IMG/VR virus record: IMGVR_UViG_3300017565_000020
Location: 6,998 to 70,997 of that record
Origin: a virus
Lineage: Duplodnaviria; Caudoviricetes
Direction: 5' to 3' (one strand)
Length of the DNA stretch: 64,000 bases
Under the pieces are notes generated by a model. The model ran no database searches. It was not told where the DNA came from and saw only the letters and a list, made by a program, of their open reading frames with translations. Below are positions 1-8,916 of this stretch, in pieces (within the stretch, counting starts at the first letter, position 1; every line of letters begins with the position of its first letter). Position numbers and translations under genes: made by a program.

Positions 1-450
1 TTCGTACCCTTCAGCTTCCAGGTCAGTCTGCACCTCGTCGAATACCATCCCTCCACCCCAACTAATAAGGCCAGGAACGTTTTCGCCCACGACCTAACGT
101 GGTTGAACCTCTCTAATTGCTCTAAGCATCTCCGGCCAGAGGTGGCGGTCATCTTCCTTTCCTTTTCGTAACCCGGCAACGCTGTAGGGCTGGCAGGGGA
201 ATCCCCCGGTAAGGATGTCGATTTTTCCTCTCCAAACAGTGAAGTCTGTTTGTTTAATATCTGTGTAGTGTGTTGCATCGGCGTATATATCTTTTAAAAC
301 CAGTTGGCAGAACTCGTTAATTTCGCAATGGAATGTGTTTTTCCATCCCATCATTGTGGCAGCAAGCGAAAAGCCATCTATACCGGAAAAGAGTGAGGCG
401 TGGTTAAATCCCCCGCCTTCTGAATACAGGAAGTTTTGTTTGTTAGTCAT
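1..450 (-). pseudogene. C5 cytosine DNA methyltransferase interrupted by an in-frame TAG at 94-96; runs off the window edge
   Basis: Motif I (SLFSGIDG) and motif IV (GGFPCQ) present. After TAG the same frame continues VVGENVPGLISWDGGMVFDEVQTDLEAEGYE (motif VI, ENV); the conserved context is PRWVVGENV. Confidence 0.8.
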
Positions 451-1907
451 GACGCACTCCTTTCCCCAATGACATCAAAAATTGACATCTGGCTTTTTTG
501 TAGATTGACTTTCCTGGTTTCTTCTTCCGCTATCTTTCGCCAGTATGCTGTTCTGGCTTGTATGATAGGGATATACTGTTCTTCAGCTTCCATTAATACG
601 ATATCAATACCCTCTAATTCAGCAGCGCAACCTGTTGTGCCGGAACCGGCAAATAAATCAAGGCTGGTTTCACCCTGTGGAGTAACCATGCGAATTAAGT
701 AACGCATTAAAGCGATAGGCTTAACGGTAGGATGTGTGTTTTTCCTTAACGTTTCACCCCGTTGAAAAGGGTTGTCTATTTCAGTTTTTCGGCCATCATT
801 TACTTTTTCGGATTGCAATTCTTCCAATCCCGCGTTGCGCTCATCCTGGCTCGCCTTTGCGCAGTAAAAAAATCGGCTTGCTCCACCTGTATCGCCATAA
901 CCGGTTACAGGCATTCCGCCTGCAAATTGTCCGTAAATGTTATTGTTATTGCCCGCTTTGGTGCCGGATGGAGTTCCAGAACTTAATTGACCAGTTTGCC
1001 TGTCTAATTCAGTAGCAGATTCCGGATCTAAAATTACATTTGACGGGAAGCGGCCTGTTGGATTCGCTTCTATATTTTTTCTACCATCTGTGTGCTTAGC
1101 ACCTACATAATTGCCACCAATAATATTAGTACCACGTCCAAATGTTGCAGACTTTAAATCTTTGTCACTATCAAATGGTATTCTACAGCCATCTATATTT
1201 AATCCCCCAGTGCCCCACTTCAAAACGTTTTCAGCTACAGTACCGGTTAATGGCTTTCTGGCTACACAGATAGGTTCACACGCTGGTTTTAGCGCTGTGC
1301 CATAGCCTTCCCATTGTTTGGCTTCATCGGTTGTAGGTTGTAACTTTCCAATCCTATCTGATTGACTCGTCTCGTGTGTATAATCCTTTTTTCTAAAACC
1401 CTGTTCTTTGGTGAACTTTGTAATACCCCAATTACCTCTTTCTAACCTTTCTCCGTTCAGTTTACTGAAGTCTTTTTTATTAGAAGTTCCGTTCAAAAGA
1501 GTGCCTTCAATCGCCTTGCTAATGTCTAACGATTTTGGGAACCCACTTCCATAAATCCAGCTTATCATATCTCGTATTTCAAAGCCAGCTAACCGGATAG
1601 CTAAAGTTCCCCAGTCGTATGTGCGGGTACCGAAAAAGGAGAGCAGATAACCGCCCGGTTTAAGCACCCGAAAGCATTCTTTCCATAGGATGGGCTGCGG
1701 TACAAAGGCATCCCAGTTATTGCCCATAAAACCTTTCCCTTTAACTTCGTGGTAGCCTTTTTCCAACCAGTCGCTTAAACATTTTACAGCGTTTGGCTCC
1801 TTGCCAAGTCCATAAGGAGAATCGGTTACGATGCTGGCGAAATAATTATCAGGGAACTGTTTTAGCAGTTCTATGTTATTGCCGTGTAGGATGGTGCACT
1901 TGCTCAT
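447..1907 (-). CDS. N4/N6 DNA methyltransferase (beta-type motif order)
   Basis: TDSPYGL (DPPY-like motif IV) near the N-terminus, HPTVKP, and LDLFAGSGTT (motif I) near the C-terminus. Confidence 0.88.
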   Translation of the reverse strand: MSKCTILHGNNIELLKQFPDNYFASIVTDSPYGLGKEPNAVKCLSDWLEKGYHEVKGKGFMGNNWDAFVPQPILWKECFRVLKPGGYLLSFFGTRTYDWGTLAIRLAGFEIRDMISWIYGSGFPKSLDISKAIEGTLLNGTSNKKDFSKLNGERLERGNWGITKFTKEQGFRKKDYTHETSQSDRIGKLQPTTDEAKQWEGYGTALKPACEPICVARKPLTGTVAENVLKWGTGGLNIDGCRIPFDSDKDLKSATFGRGTNIIGGNYVGAKHTDGRKNIEANPTGRFPSNVILDPESATELDRQTGQLSSGTPSGTKAGNNNNIYGQFAGGMPVTGYGDTGGASRFFYCAKASQDERNAGLEELQSEKVNDGRKTEIDNPFQRGETLRKNTHPTVKPIALMRYLIRMVTPQGETSLDLFAGSGTTGCAAELEGIDIVLMEAEEQYIPIIQARTAYWRKIAEEETRKVNLQKSQMSIFDVIGERSAS

Positions 1908-1908
1908 A

Positions 1909-2202
1909 TTATGTAAATGAATACCGTTCGTCTTCCTGAACTATGATTGTTCTAAATGGAAATCCATCTTCGGGGACCTTTTGTATCTGGTCAATCAGGA
2001 CGGTTGAGCCCGTGAACACTACTTTCTTTTCGCCTTTATGCTCAATTTGCAGATACAGGCATAATCTTGAATTAACCTTGCTGTTTTCAATCTTAAAGGC
2101 ATGTACTTCAATAGTTGTATTGAGTAGTTTGGCAATCTTTATTTTATCACCAACGAACGCTCTGGCCTCAGAGACAATTCCGAAATCTTTAAATGCTTTC
2201 AT
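1909..2202 (-). CDS. Hypothetical protein overlapping the RT stop; candidate DGR-associated gene
   Basis: 97-aa ORF overlapping the 3' end of RT and abutting the MTase start. Confidence 0.6.
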   Translation of the reverse strand: MKAFKDFGIVSEARAFVGDKIKIAKLLNTTIEVHAFKIENSKVNSRLCLYLQIEHKGEKKVVFTGSTVLIDQIQKVPEDGFPFRTIIVQEDERYSFT

Positions 2203-3151
2203 TTGGAAATAAGGTTTTTAATAAATGTTTACTATTGGCGTGTTTAGCCCAGCCTTTGTAGCTGTCTATACTTGCCCTTGGTTTTCGGGCTTTCACCGCC
2301 CGGGCAAAGTTTTTCTTGATAGATTTCCTGATCAGTACCCGGTTGTGGAAGTGCTTATATCCAACCACGTCAATACCTCTGTCTTCCACTTTAAATACCT
2401 GGTAATTACCTTTTACCAGTAAGTGGAGCTTATCGTATAAATAGGCTTGTATTTCTGCCCTTAAAGCATGCAAATAAGCTTTGCTGTTATGGAGAATTAC
2501 CAGGTCGTCTGCATATCTTACATAATACTTAACCCTTTTCACTTCCTTTAGCCAGTGGTCAAAGTAGCTGAGGTAAAAATTGGCGAGATATTGGCTCAGG
2601 TAGTTACCGATAGGCAATCCGGGGGCGCTGTCAATTATTTCGTCGAGCAGCCATAACAGATCCTTATCCTTTATTATTCGGCGTAATAATTGTTTTATAA
2701 TCGCATGGTCTACCGATGGGTAAAATTTCGTGATATCCAGTTTCAGGCAATACGTAGTTTCTGGTATATTTTTCAGGTATTTCCGAACCTTTTTGGATAA
2801 GGCATGTATGCCTCGTTTTTTAATACAGCTATAGGTATCGGCCGTAAATGTGGCTACAAATATTCGCTCCAGAATATTCATCACCGCATGGTGAAGAATA
2901 CGGTCCGGGAAGAAAGGGAGACGGTAGATTATGCGTTCTTTAGGTTCGTGGATTTTAAAAATTGTATATGGTGAGGTTTTATAGGTTTTATCCCTGAGCA
3001 TATTGTACAATGCCATCAGGTATTCGTCCGGATGCTGGCGAAACTCAATAACACCGTATTGCTTTGCCTTTCCGAGGGCCGCAATTTCTGCGGTCCTTTC
3101 AAGGTTATAGATGTTATAAACTTGTTCGTATAAATTATTTTTCCGTTTCAT
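2189..3151 (-). CDS. DGR-type reverse transcriptase
   Basis: RIIYRLPFFPDRILHHA, LKLDITKFYPS, GLPIGNYLSQYLAN and YADD motifs; 320 aa with no maturase or endonuclease domain; adjacent TR/VR repeats. Confidence 0.95.
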   Translation of the reverse strand: MKRKNNLYEQVYNIYNLERTAEIAALGKAKQYGVIEFRQHPDEYLMALYNMLRDKTYKTSPYTIFKIHEPKERIIYRLPFFPDRILHHAVMNILERIFVATFTADTYSCIKKRGIHALSKKVRKYLKNIPETTYCLKLDITKFYPSVDHAIIKQLLRRIIKDKDLLWLLDEIIDSAPGLPIGNYLSQYLANFYLSYFDHWLKEVKRVKYYVRYADDLVILHNSKAYLHALRAEIQAYLYDKLHLLVKGNYQVFKVEDRGIDVVGYKHFHNRVLIRKSIKKNFARAVKARKPRASIDSYKGWAKHANSKHLLKTLFPNESI

Positions 3152-3234
3152 GTACTTATAAAGCCTCTGCTTTAGCAGGTCTTCTTCTCACGATGTATCG
3201 TAATACCAAAGCCCTAAAAGCGCCATGTAATTTT

Positions 3235-3249
3235 TTGCCATGTTGGCAA
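3235..3249 (-). promoter_or_regulatory. Short hairpin in the TR-RT spacer (TTGCCA-3nt-TGGCAA)
   Basis: Perfect 6-bp inverted repeat between TR and the RT start; DGR spacer RNA is known to carry functional structure. Confidence 0.5.
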
Positions 3250-3279
3250 GGTCTGTACTGCCATTAGTTTTTAAAGCAT

Positions 3280-3352
3280 GGTGGGAGCTGACATTCGCAT
3301 TCGTATTGTCGTAGTTGTAGTCGTTGTACGCGAGACCGGACGGCGACGAAGC
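3280..3352 (-). repeat. DGR template repeat (TR), 73 bp
   Basis: Minus strand GCTTCGTCGCCGTCCGGTCTCGCG TAC AAC GAC TAC AAC TAC GAC AAT ACG AAT GCG AAT GTC AGC TCC CAC C; intergenic and rich in AAC/AAT codons. Confidence 0.96.
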
Positions 3353-3378
3353 TACAGCCCAAGCAGTACACCACCCTT

Positions 3379-3765
3379 TTATTTTGGAATCACAAGGATA
3401 TCCTTGTATTTTTCAAAGTGTTGCTTCACCACGTATTTTAATATCTCCAGCGTTGGAAAAACGCGGCGGGAGCCGACATGCGCAGTCGTATCGCCGAAGA
3501 GGTAGACGCTGCACGCGAGACCGGACGGCGACGAAGCAGACATATCCCACCAAGCATAGTATTTACGTTGGTTCCAGTCTGTCCAATCAATTTCCTTGTC
3601 TTCACCTTTCCACGCCGCTTCGGATATTACATCCAGCTCATAACCGGATATTACATTTTGTGCATGTTTCTCCGGTAAGCCGGTTACTACAGGTTTAATG
3701 GTTGGGTCATAGCCGAGGAACTTTGCTGCGGCTTCAAAACTTTCTAAATGCAGATACTTTTTCAT
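3379..3765 (-). CDS. DGR target protein 1 (128 aa)
   Basis: Contains VR1 encoding ASSPSGLACSVYLFGDTTAHVGSR, preceded by KYYAWW. Confidence 0.9.
   Translation of the reverse strand: MKKYLHLESFEAAAKFLGYDPTIKPVVTGLPEKHAQNVISGYELDVISEAAWKGEDKEIDWTDWNQRKYYAWWDMSASSPSGLACSVYLFGDTTAHVGSRRVFPTLEILKYVVKQHFEKYKDILVIPK
3465..3537 (-). repeat. DGR variable repeat VR1
   Basis: 73-bp match to TR with 12 mismatches, all opposite TR adenines. Confidence 0.96.
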
Positions 3766-3776
3766 TTTTGTGTTGG

Positions 3777-4274
3777 TTAATTATTGTAATAGATATAGGT
3801 TGACCAGTCGTCAATGGCTACTTCTGCAAAGTGTTTGGTCTGGTCTGCATCACAAACACAGAGGCGGGAGCCGACATCCGCATCCGTACCGCCGAAGCTG
3901 AAGACGTAGTACGCGAGACCGGACGGCGACGAAGTGCGGTTAAACCACGGATAGTACCAGTAATCTTCTTTGGTGAGCGCCTTACCGCCTCTTATAGCGT
4001 ATGCCCAAACTTCTAATGCTTTACCGGATTTTTCTCCTGGGCTGTCACGTTCTGTTCGCCAGTTAAACTGTTCTAATGTTTCGCCCTTAAAATCCAGCGC
4101 ATCCTGGAATGTCTTAATATCCTTATAATTAAAGGATGTTTTTTTAATAGCAGCTACCTGTTCTTTGGTTAGCTCAATTTCTACGGGCTTGCCGTTTACT
4201 TCGATAGTGGTTTTCATAACTCTTGTTGTTATTTGGTGGTTAAAATCCTTTCTCTGCTTTGGAACCTTTACCAT
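3777..4274 (-). CDS. DGR target protein 2 (about 159-165 aa)
   Basis: Contains VR2 encoding SSPSGLAYYVFSFGGTDADVGSR, preceded by WYYPWF; paralogous to target 1. Confidence 0.9.
   Translation of the reverse strand: MVKVPKQRKDFNHQITTRVMKTTIEVNGKPVEIELTKEQVAAIKKTSFNYKDIKTFQDALDFKGETLEQFNWRTERDSPGEKSGKALEVWAYAIRGGKALTKEDYWYYPWFNRTSSPSGLAYYVFSFGGTDADVGSRLCVCDADQTKHFAEVAIDDWSTYIYYNN
3863..3934 (-). repeat. DGR variable repeat VR2
   Basis: 72-bp match to TR with 12 mismatches, all opposite TR adenines. Confidence 0.96.
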
Positions 4275-4467
4275 AGGATTGGCTGTTCCATAATGGTGAG
4301 TTGCGTTTGAGAAACGGTTTTAAATAGTCACGTTGAGCAAGACTTACAACAGATTCATCTACGCGTAATATCCTTGCAACCTGGCTGATGTTTTTATTAG
4401 GATATTTTTTTAAAGTGCTTATAATGAGGTTCATTGTTGAACGAGTTTTAATTTTGATATGTGACAT
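4240..4467 (-). CDS. Small hypothetical protein, possible HTH
   Basis: NISQVARILRVDESVVS resembles an HTH; in operon. Confidence 0.45.
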   Translation of the reverse strand: MSHIKIKTRSTMNLIISTLKKYPNKNISQVARILRVDESVVSLAQRDYLKPFLKRNSPLWNSQSYGKGSKAEKGF

Positions 4468-4619
4468 GGAAACCTGTATCCTTTTGGATGTTCAAGCAGA
4501 TAGACATCTCCATGCACGCTAATTATTTTTGCTTTTAAACCTGGTTGGGCGTAAACATTCTTTTTGTTGCAGTAACTGGCTATGGTTTCGGTTATGTAGC
4601 AATGTTTTTCTGATTTCAC
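4431..4619 (-). CDS. Small hypothetical protein
   Basis: ORF tightly packed in the leftward operon. Confidence 0.5.
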   Translation of the reverse strand: MKSEKHCYITETIASYCNKKNVYAQPGLKAKIISVHGDVYLLEHPKGYRFPCHISKLKLVQQ

Positions 4620-5741
4620 CTATAGCAGTGTTGAAAACAAGATATTGACATCTTCACGTGGAGCACGCAAGGCAAAATCCATCATGCCGGCATAGTCGCC
4701 CAAATCGTTATCTTTTATTGCTTGTTCAAAACTCTCTGGCGAAAAATGGTCTTTTAAGAATGTTGTAATTGCAGTTGAATTTTTACCAGACCTTGCACCG
4801 GCTTTGTTTAATTCTTCCACCTCTGGAAAAGTTATCTCACTGGCCTGTTCTGTATTAGGCTTGTCTTCAGTTTCTTTGTCTGTTTTTTTATTTTCACTTT
4901 GTATGCTCACATTTTCGGACAAAACTTTATCGCTTTTCTTCAATGAATTCATAGCTGCCATAGTATTGCCGGTTGGCTTTGTTTTAGCGGTTTCTATTTT
5001 TTCTTCTTTTTCCCTCCTGAATGTATCGTAAACCGTTGTGGTACCTTCTTTGATGGCATTTTTTAATCCTGATAAATAAACTACCTTTTCATTGTCTATT
5101 TCATTTATCGAGGATATTCCAAGGTGATTTAATAACTCTTGCTCTGAGACGCCCAAGGTTTTGTAATATGCAATTGCATTGTTACGTTTCTTTTCGATGT
5201 CAAGGGTTTGGCCAATGGCAATTTGTTTAACCTCATCCACTATTTTACGGGTTATTGCCTTTGGTATAACGGCAAGAACTACATTTCTAAAAGCTATAGC
5301 CTGGGCAGCATTGGTGGTAACTACCTGCATATCTTCGGAAAATGTTTGCCCTGTTTTAGTAGTAATTCTCCTATCCACTTCTTTGCTTACAAACAAGTTA
5401 GATTCGAGGTCATGACAAACTCCCTGTACGGTAATCTTTTTACCATCATTCCCAACGGTTCGGGTTCCAATTCTTAGATTGCCCCAACAACTGGCTATAA
5501 TTTCGGCAAAGCGAACTGAAAGCCCCTCTATTAATATCGCATCTTCACCTCTGCCACGCTGGAGGGCATAGAAGCAATCTTCTGCTGTTTCTATGTCTAT
5601 GGTGGCCATAGCTTTTATTTTACTGAGTACCGTAGGCAGGTCTCGTGGCCAGCGCTTAGCAATGTCTACCTGACTTTCCATTTCGGCACGTATTACATGC
5701 TGTAAGGAATCATTTGGGTTTAAGATTTGTAAATCGTTCAT
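4620..5741 (-). CDS. Putative ssDNA-annealing or recombination protein
   Basis: Long ORF directly downstream of the YqaJ-like exonuclease, the usual SSAP position; acidic C-terminal region. Confidence 0.5.
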   Translation of the reverse strand: MNDLQILNPNDSLQHVIRAEMESQVDIAKRWPRDLPTVLSKIKAMATIDIETAEDCFYALQRGRGEDAILIEGLSVRFAEIIASCWGNLRIGTRTVGNDGKKITVQGVCHDLESNLFVSKEVDRRITTKTGQTFSEDMQVVTTNAAQAIAFRNVVLAVIPKAITRKIVDEVKQIAIGQTLDIEKKRNNAIAYYKTLGVSEQELLNHLGISSINEIDNEKVVYLSGLKNAIKEGTTTVYDTFRREKEEKIETAKTKPTGNTMAAMNSLKKSDKVLSENVSIQSENKKTDKETEDKPNTEQASEITFPEVEELNKAGARSGKNSTAITTFLKDHFSPESFEQAIKDNDLGDYAGMMDFALRAPREDVNILFSTLL

Positions 5742-5774
5742 GATAATGAAATTAATATTTGGAATAAGTACAGG

Positions 5775-6869
5775 TTAAATAACCTGTACTGAGAAATATG
5801 CTTTTTTGCCCTCTGCTCTTCGCCATATTATTCTACCTCTTTCGCCAAAATCTATCCTTTCCGCATCACGCATAAGTTCAATCAAGCGGTTTCTGGCAAT
5901 TTGTTTTTTTTCTTTATGGGCTTTCTCTCCATCATTTGCCATATTGTATAATAGAGCTATTTCTAAATGCTCAGGACGACCCTCGATAATTATTTTGTCG
6001 CTTGTATTTTTGTACAGATCAAGCATAAATTCTTCATAGCATTCAGAATCGGAAGGAGAGGGCTCTAATTCTACAATCTTTTGTTCGAGCTTATTAATTT
6101 CATCCTGGTTAGCTGCTTCGCTTTTGGATTTAAGTTTGTTAATCTGCTCCACATATCCTTTTGCCGGTAATACCCGGTTGTACCAGAAGTCTTTTGTGCG
6201 TTCTAATATTTCCTCAACGAATGGTTTATCAAATCCGGCTTCCCTCATTTCTTCTGTAACCACATCGTCTAATTGTATTGGCATATTCTCTATATGATAG
6301 CCGTCCTGCAAATAACAAAACTCCATATATGGCACATTGGATACCAGAAGTTCAGTTTGACATTGTACGTAATAATAAATAGGCAGGCCGTTTATCCACT
6401 GCTTAGTTGCATTTATTGTAGTGTTTTTCATCTGCACCGGAAACCCAAGAGGGTTGAGTTTATCCGGACGTTCAAAGAAATTAAATACATCTAACTGATT
6501 TTTTGGTGCATAATAATCGAAAGAAGCAAATAGCCATGGGTAGTTAGGGTTAATTGTAAATGCCTTCACGCGTCTTAAACTTCTAACCTTTTTACCGGTT
6601 TCAAAATTTGACAGGTACTCTTCCTCATCCGGGACCCATTCACACCAACGGTCTTTGATAAATGGCTCTATAGCATTCCCCATCATCATTTTTTCTGAAC
6701 GGATGTTTTTTTGATACCGCCCAATCTTCATATAATATAGCTTAACGGCATCTTCATAAGGATTTAAGTTTAATATTGTAGCAACCTCGGATGCTCCAAT
6801 ACCCAATTCTGTTCTTTTTACAAGCCATTCGGCCTTTGTCATACCTGTAGTGTAATGTTTAATTTTCAT
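5775..6869 (-). CDS. YqaJ-like (lambda exo family) viral recombinase/exonuclease
   Basis: WLVKRTELGIGASEVATILNLNPY, GNAIEP, PWLFASFD and YYVQCQTEL motifs. Confidence 0.85.
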   Translation of the reverse strand: MKIKHYTTGMTKAEWLVKRTELGIGASEVATILNLNPYEDAVKLYYMKIGRYQKNIRSEKMMMGNAIEPFIKDRWCEWVPDEEEYLSNFETGKKVRSLRRVKAFTINPNYPWLFASFDYYAPKNQLDVFNFFERPDKLNPLGFPVQMKNTTINATKQWINGLPIYYYVQCQTELLVSNVPYMEFCYLQDGYHIENMPIQLDDVVTEEMREAGFDKPFVEEILERTKDFWYNRVLPAKGYVEQINKLKSKSEAANQDEINKLEQKIVELEPSPSDSECYEEFMLDLYKNTSDKIIIEGRPEHLEIALLYNMANDGEKAHKEKKQIARNRLIELMRDAERIDFGERGRIIWRRAEGKKAYFSVQVI

Positions 6870-6898
6870 GATTATTAATAGATTAGGTGAAGACGTGT

Positions 6899-7108
6899 TT
6901 AGCTTATATGGCTCAATAATTCGCCCAAAGCTTTATGGACATTTGACAGATGAGCAATATCTGTGGATGTGAAGCACTTATCGGGCTCGTTTCCCTTCTC
7001 GCATAAATTAAGTTTCTTTATTGTCTTATTTTCTAAAACAGCGGTCATGACACCCGAACCTTCAAAATCCCATTTGATTGTTTCGGTTAAAATGCTTTCA
7101 ATTTCCAT
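6899..7108 (-). CDS. Hypothetical protein
   Basis: ORF in operon. Confidence 0.55.
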   Translation of the reverse strand: MEIESILTETIKWDFEGSGVMTAVLENKTIKKLNLCEKGNEPDKCFTSTDIAHLSNVHKALGELLSHIS

Positions 7109-7370
7109 GTAAACTTGTTTTTAAGGTAAGAATGCTTGATTTAAGATATTCAATTTTTCTACCACCAGCAGAACATTTCCAGATTACTTTTCCAGCAGAT
7201 ACGAACCTTTTCAAGGTGTCTTTAGCTAATCCGCTTATATCCATAGCATCGGCCTCAAAAATCCATTCTTGTGAATTTTGGATTTCCTGATTTTCTAACA
7301 TCTTTTCGATTTTAGCAAGCCTCCGGTTAGCTCTGGATACTTCTTTTAGTAATAAATCTATACCGCTCAT
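7098..7370 (-). CDS. Excisionase-like HTH protein
   Basis: EWIFEADAMDISGLAKDTLKRFV...GRKIEYLKSSI resembles HTH_17/Xis. Confidence 0.6.
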   Translation of the reverse strand: MSGIDLLLKEVSRANRRLAKIEKMLENQEIQNSQEWIFEADAMDISGLAKDTLKRFVSAGKVIWKCSAGGRKIEYLKSSILTLKTSLHGN

Positions 7371-7594
7371 TAAATTACCCTCCTTACAATGAAAACCCCG
7401 TTAACTGTTTTAGACTTGAATTTCTTACCTGTTTTTTTTGATAACTTATTCATTTGCTGACGGATATATTGTTTTTTTTCTGATTCAAATTCCTTATTGG
7501 ACTCTATCTCGATAGAGTCAAGTCTTTCACGCACTGACATCACAATTTCTGATATATTTATTTCCATAATGATATATTTTACTACTTTTGGCAA
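7370..7594 (-). CDS. First gene of the leftward early operon, hypothetical
   Basis: Divergent from the repressor. Confidence 0.5.
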   Translation of the reverse strand: MPKVVKYIIMEINISEIVMSVRERLDSIEIESNKEFESEKKQYIRQQMNKLSKKTGKKFKSKTVNGVFIVRRVI

Positions 7595-7617
7595 TAATTA
7601 GCAATAAAACCATTTAC

Positions 7618-7639
7618 AAATATATCTAAAAGATATAAA
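7618..7639. promoter_or_regulatory. Operator-like palindrome AAATATATCTAAAAGATATAAA, copy 1
   Basis: TATATCT-AAA-AGATATA dyad in the divergent region; exact 22-bp copy at 19199-19220. Confidence 0.7.
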
Positions 7640-7697
7640 ATATAACCAAGGGATATATGATAAAAATGATATTTTTTCCGTAACTAACTCATTAACA

Positions 7698-8354
7698 ATG
7701 AAAAAAAATACACCACTATTAAAGTTAAGAAGGAGTAAGAGCTTAAAACAAAGCGACATAGCGACCGTATTGGGTATTTCTCAGGCTCATTATGCAAATC
7801 TTGAAATGGGTAAAAAGCCATTAACTTTAAATAATGCAAAAATTCTGAGTAAATATTATGGGGTATCGATTACACAACTTTCTGATGAACTTTCCGATAG
7901 TAAATTCATTAGTGATTCGCTATTCAATGATACAGTTCAGCTACACCTACCTTTTTATAGTACTAAAAATCCATTATCAACTATTTTAAATGAAGATGAT
8001 ATGGTATTAATGGAAGAGGCTACTTTGGTTTCTGAGCCCGAAGTTGCCTATAATAAAAGCGACCTGGCGATAATAGAACTGAATGGAAACAATATGGCTG
8101 ACCGATACCGTGATGGAACAAGGTTTTTAGGTACTTTAGTAAGGAGGGAAGATTATAGTTTTCAAACCGGTCTGGTGGCAATTGGTTTCAGTGACCATTT
8201 TAACATATACCGTATAAAAAATAATGAGCTAAGAAGCAAGAAAACACTTACATTGCATAGTGATAATCCGAATTTTGGAGCTTTTGATGTGGGTCAAGAA
8301 GATATTGTTTTAATTTATAAACTTAAAAAAGTTATCTGGAGTGATGTTGACTAA
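7698..8354 (+). CDS. CI-like repressor (XRE HTH plus S24-like C-terminal domain)
   Basis: LKQSDIATVLGISQAHYANLEMGKKP HTH; LNGNNMADRYRDG...LHSDNP S24-like region. Confidence 0.85.
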   Translation: MKKNTPLLKLRRSKSLKQSDIATVLGISQAHYANLEMGKKPLTLNNAKILSKYYGVSITQLSDELSDSKFISDSLFNDTVQLHLPFYSTKNPLSTILNEDDMVLMEEATLVSEPEVAYNKSDLAIIELNGNNMADRYRDGTRFLGTLVRREDYSFQTGLVAIGFSDHFNIYRIKNNELRSKKTLTLHSDNPNFGAFDVGQEDIVLIYKLKKVIWSDVD

Positions 8355-8865
8355 AATGAAATTCAAATCGTTTGAAAATAGCAATGAAAGGTTCTGGTAT
8401 ATCGCAGAATTGCTCGGCCTGAGCATTTACCAATATGCTGATATTTTAGGATACAGTAAAAGCTATATTGAAAAAATACGAGCTGGCGAACGTGAAATAA
8501 CTGAATCGATCGCTATTAGAATGCAGGTTAAATTGAATGTCTTGGATAAATGGCTGTTATATGGTATAGGAGAGCCGTTTAAAGATGGTGTGTGGCCGGG
8601 TATTGAACCAAAGGATTTAACGCCAGATGAAAATTATGCTATTGGAGATATTGTTAAACATTATATCGCTTTGACCGAACGTTTGGCAAAGGTTGAGGAT
8701 ATTATGCAGAAATTGTATCATTTACCCAAGCCAAAACTTACACCAAAGAAAATATCGGTTCAGGATGCCGATGCAGAAACCCTTCTCAGAGCTTATAATT
8801 TTGTCAATAAACGCATTACAAGCATTGAATTATTTCTGAGAAAGAATAAAACCAACCAAAAATAA
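8341..8865 (+). CDS. HTH transcriptional regulator
   Basis: LSIYQYADILGYSKSYIEKIRAGER...WLLYGIGEPF. Confidence 0.75.
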   Translation: MMLTKMKFKSFENSNERFWYIAELLGLSIYQYADILGYSKSYIEKIRAGEREITESIAIRMQVKLNVLDKWLLYGIGEPFKDGVWPGIEPKDLTPDENYAIGDIVKHYIALTERLAKVEDIMQKLYHLPKPKLTPKKISVQDADAETLLRAYNFVNKRITSIELFLRKNKTNQK

Positions 8866-8884
8866 AAGGAGTAGGCTTTAAGGT

Positions 8885-8916
8885 TTTGTATGTCATAAGA
8901 AAATTAAGTATCTTTG
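8885..8916 (+). promoter_or_regulatory. Bacteroidota sigma-A-type promoter
   Basis: TTTG (8885-8888), 20-nt spacer, TATCTTTG (8909-8916); matches TTTG-N19-21-TAnnTTTG. Confidence 0.7.

Larger units (their letters stand above)
2189..4274 (-). mobile_element. Diversity-generating retroelement: two targets, TR, RT
   Basis: TR versus VR1 and VR2 differ only at TR adenines; RT lies downstream of TR. Confidence 0.96.

Noticed and set aside
94-96. Genome-wide amber (TAG) recoding
   Set aside because: Many genes end at TAG with the next gene or site starting immediately (4620, 14485, 15488, 44742, 46708, 48845, 61596). The single internal TAG replaces a conserved Trp, which fits a point mutation better.
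2189-3151. Group II intron, retron or Abi RT
   Set aside because: Short RT with no maturase or HNH domain, and adjacent TR/VR with A-only mismatches, identify a DGR.
3450-3464. 5-bp hairpin just downstream of VR1 as a DGR target-recognition element
   Set aside because: Short, inside coding sequence, and without a convincing counterpart at VR2; not supportable.
3278-3698. Plus-strand ORFs 3278-3505, 3324-3698, 3478-3678 (and 3831-4016)
   Set aside because: Antisense shadows of TR/VR and the target genes.
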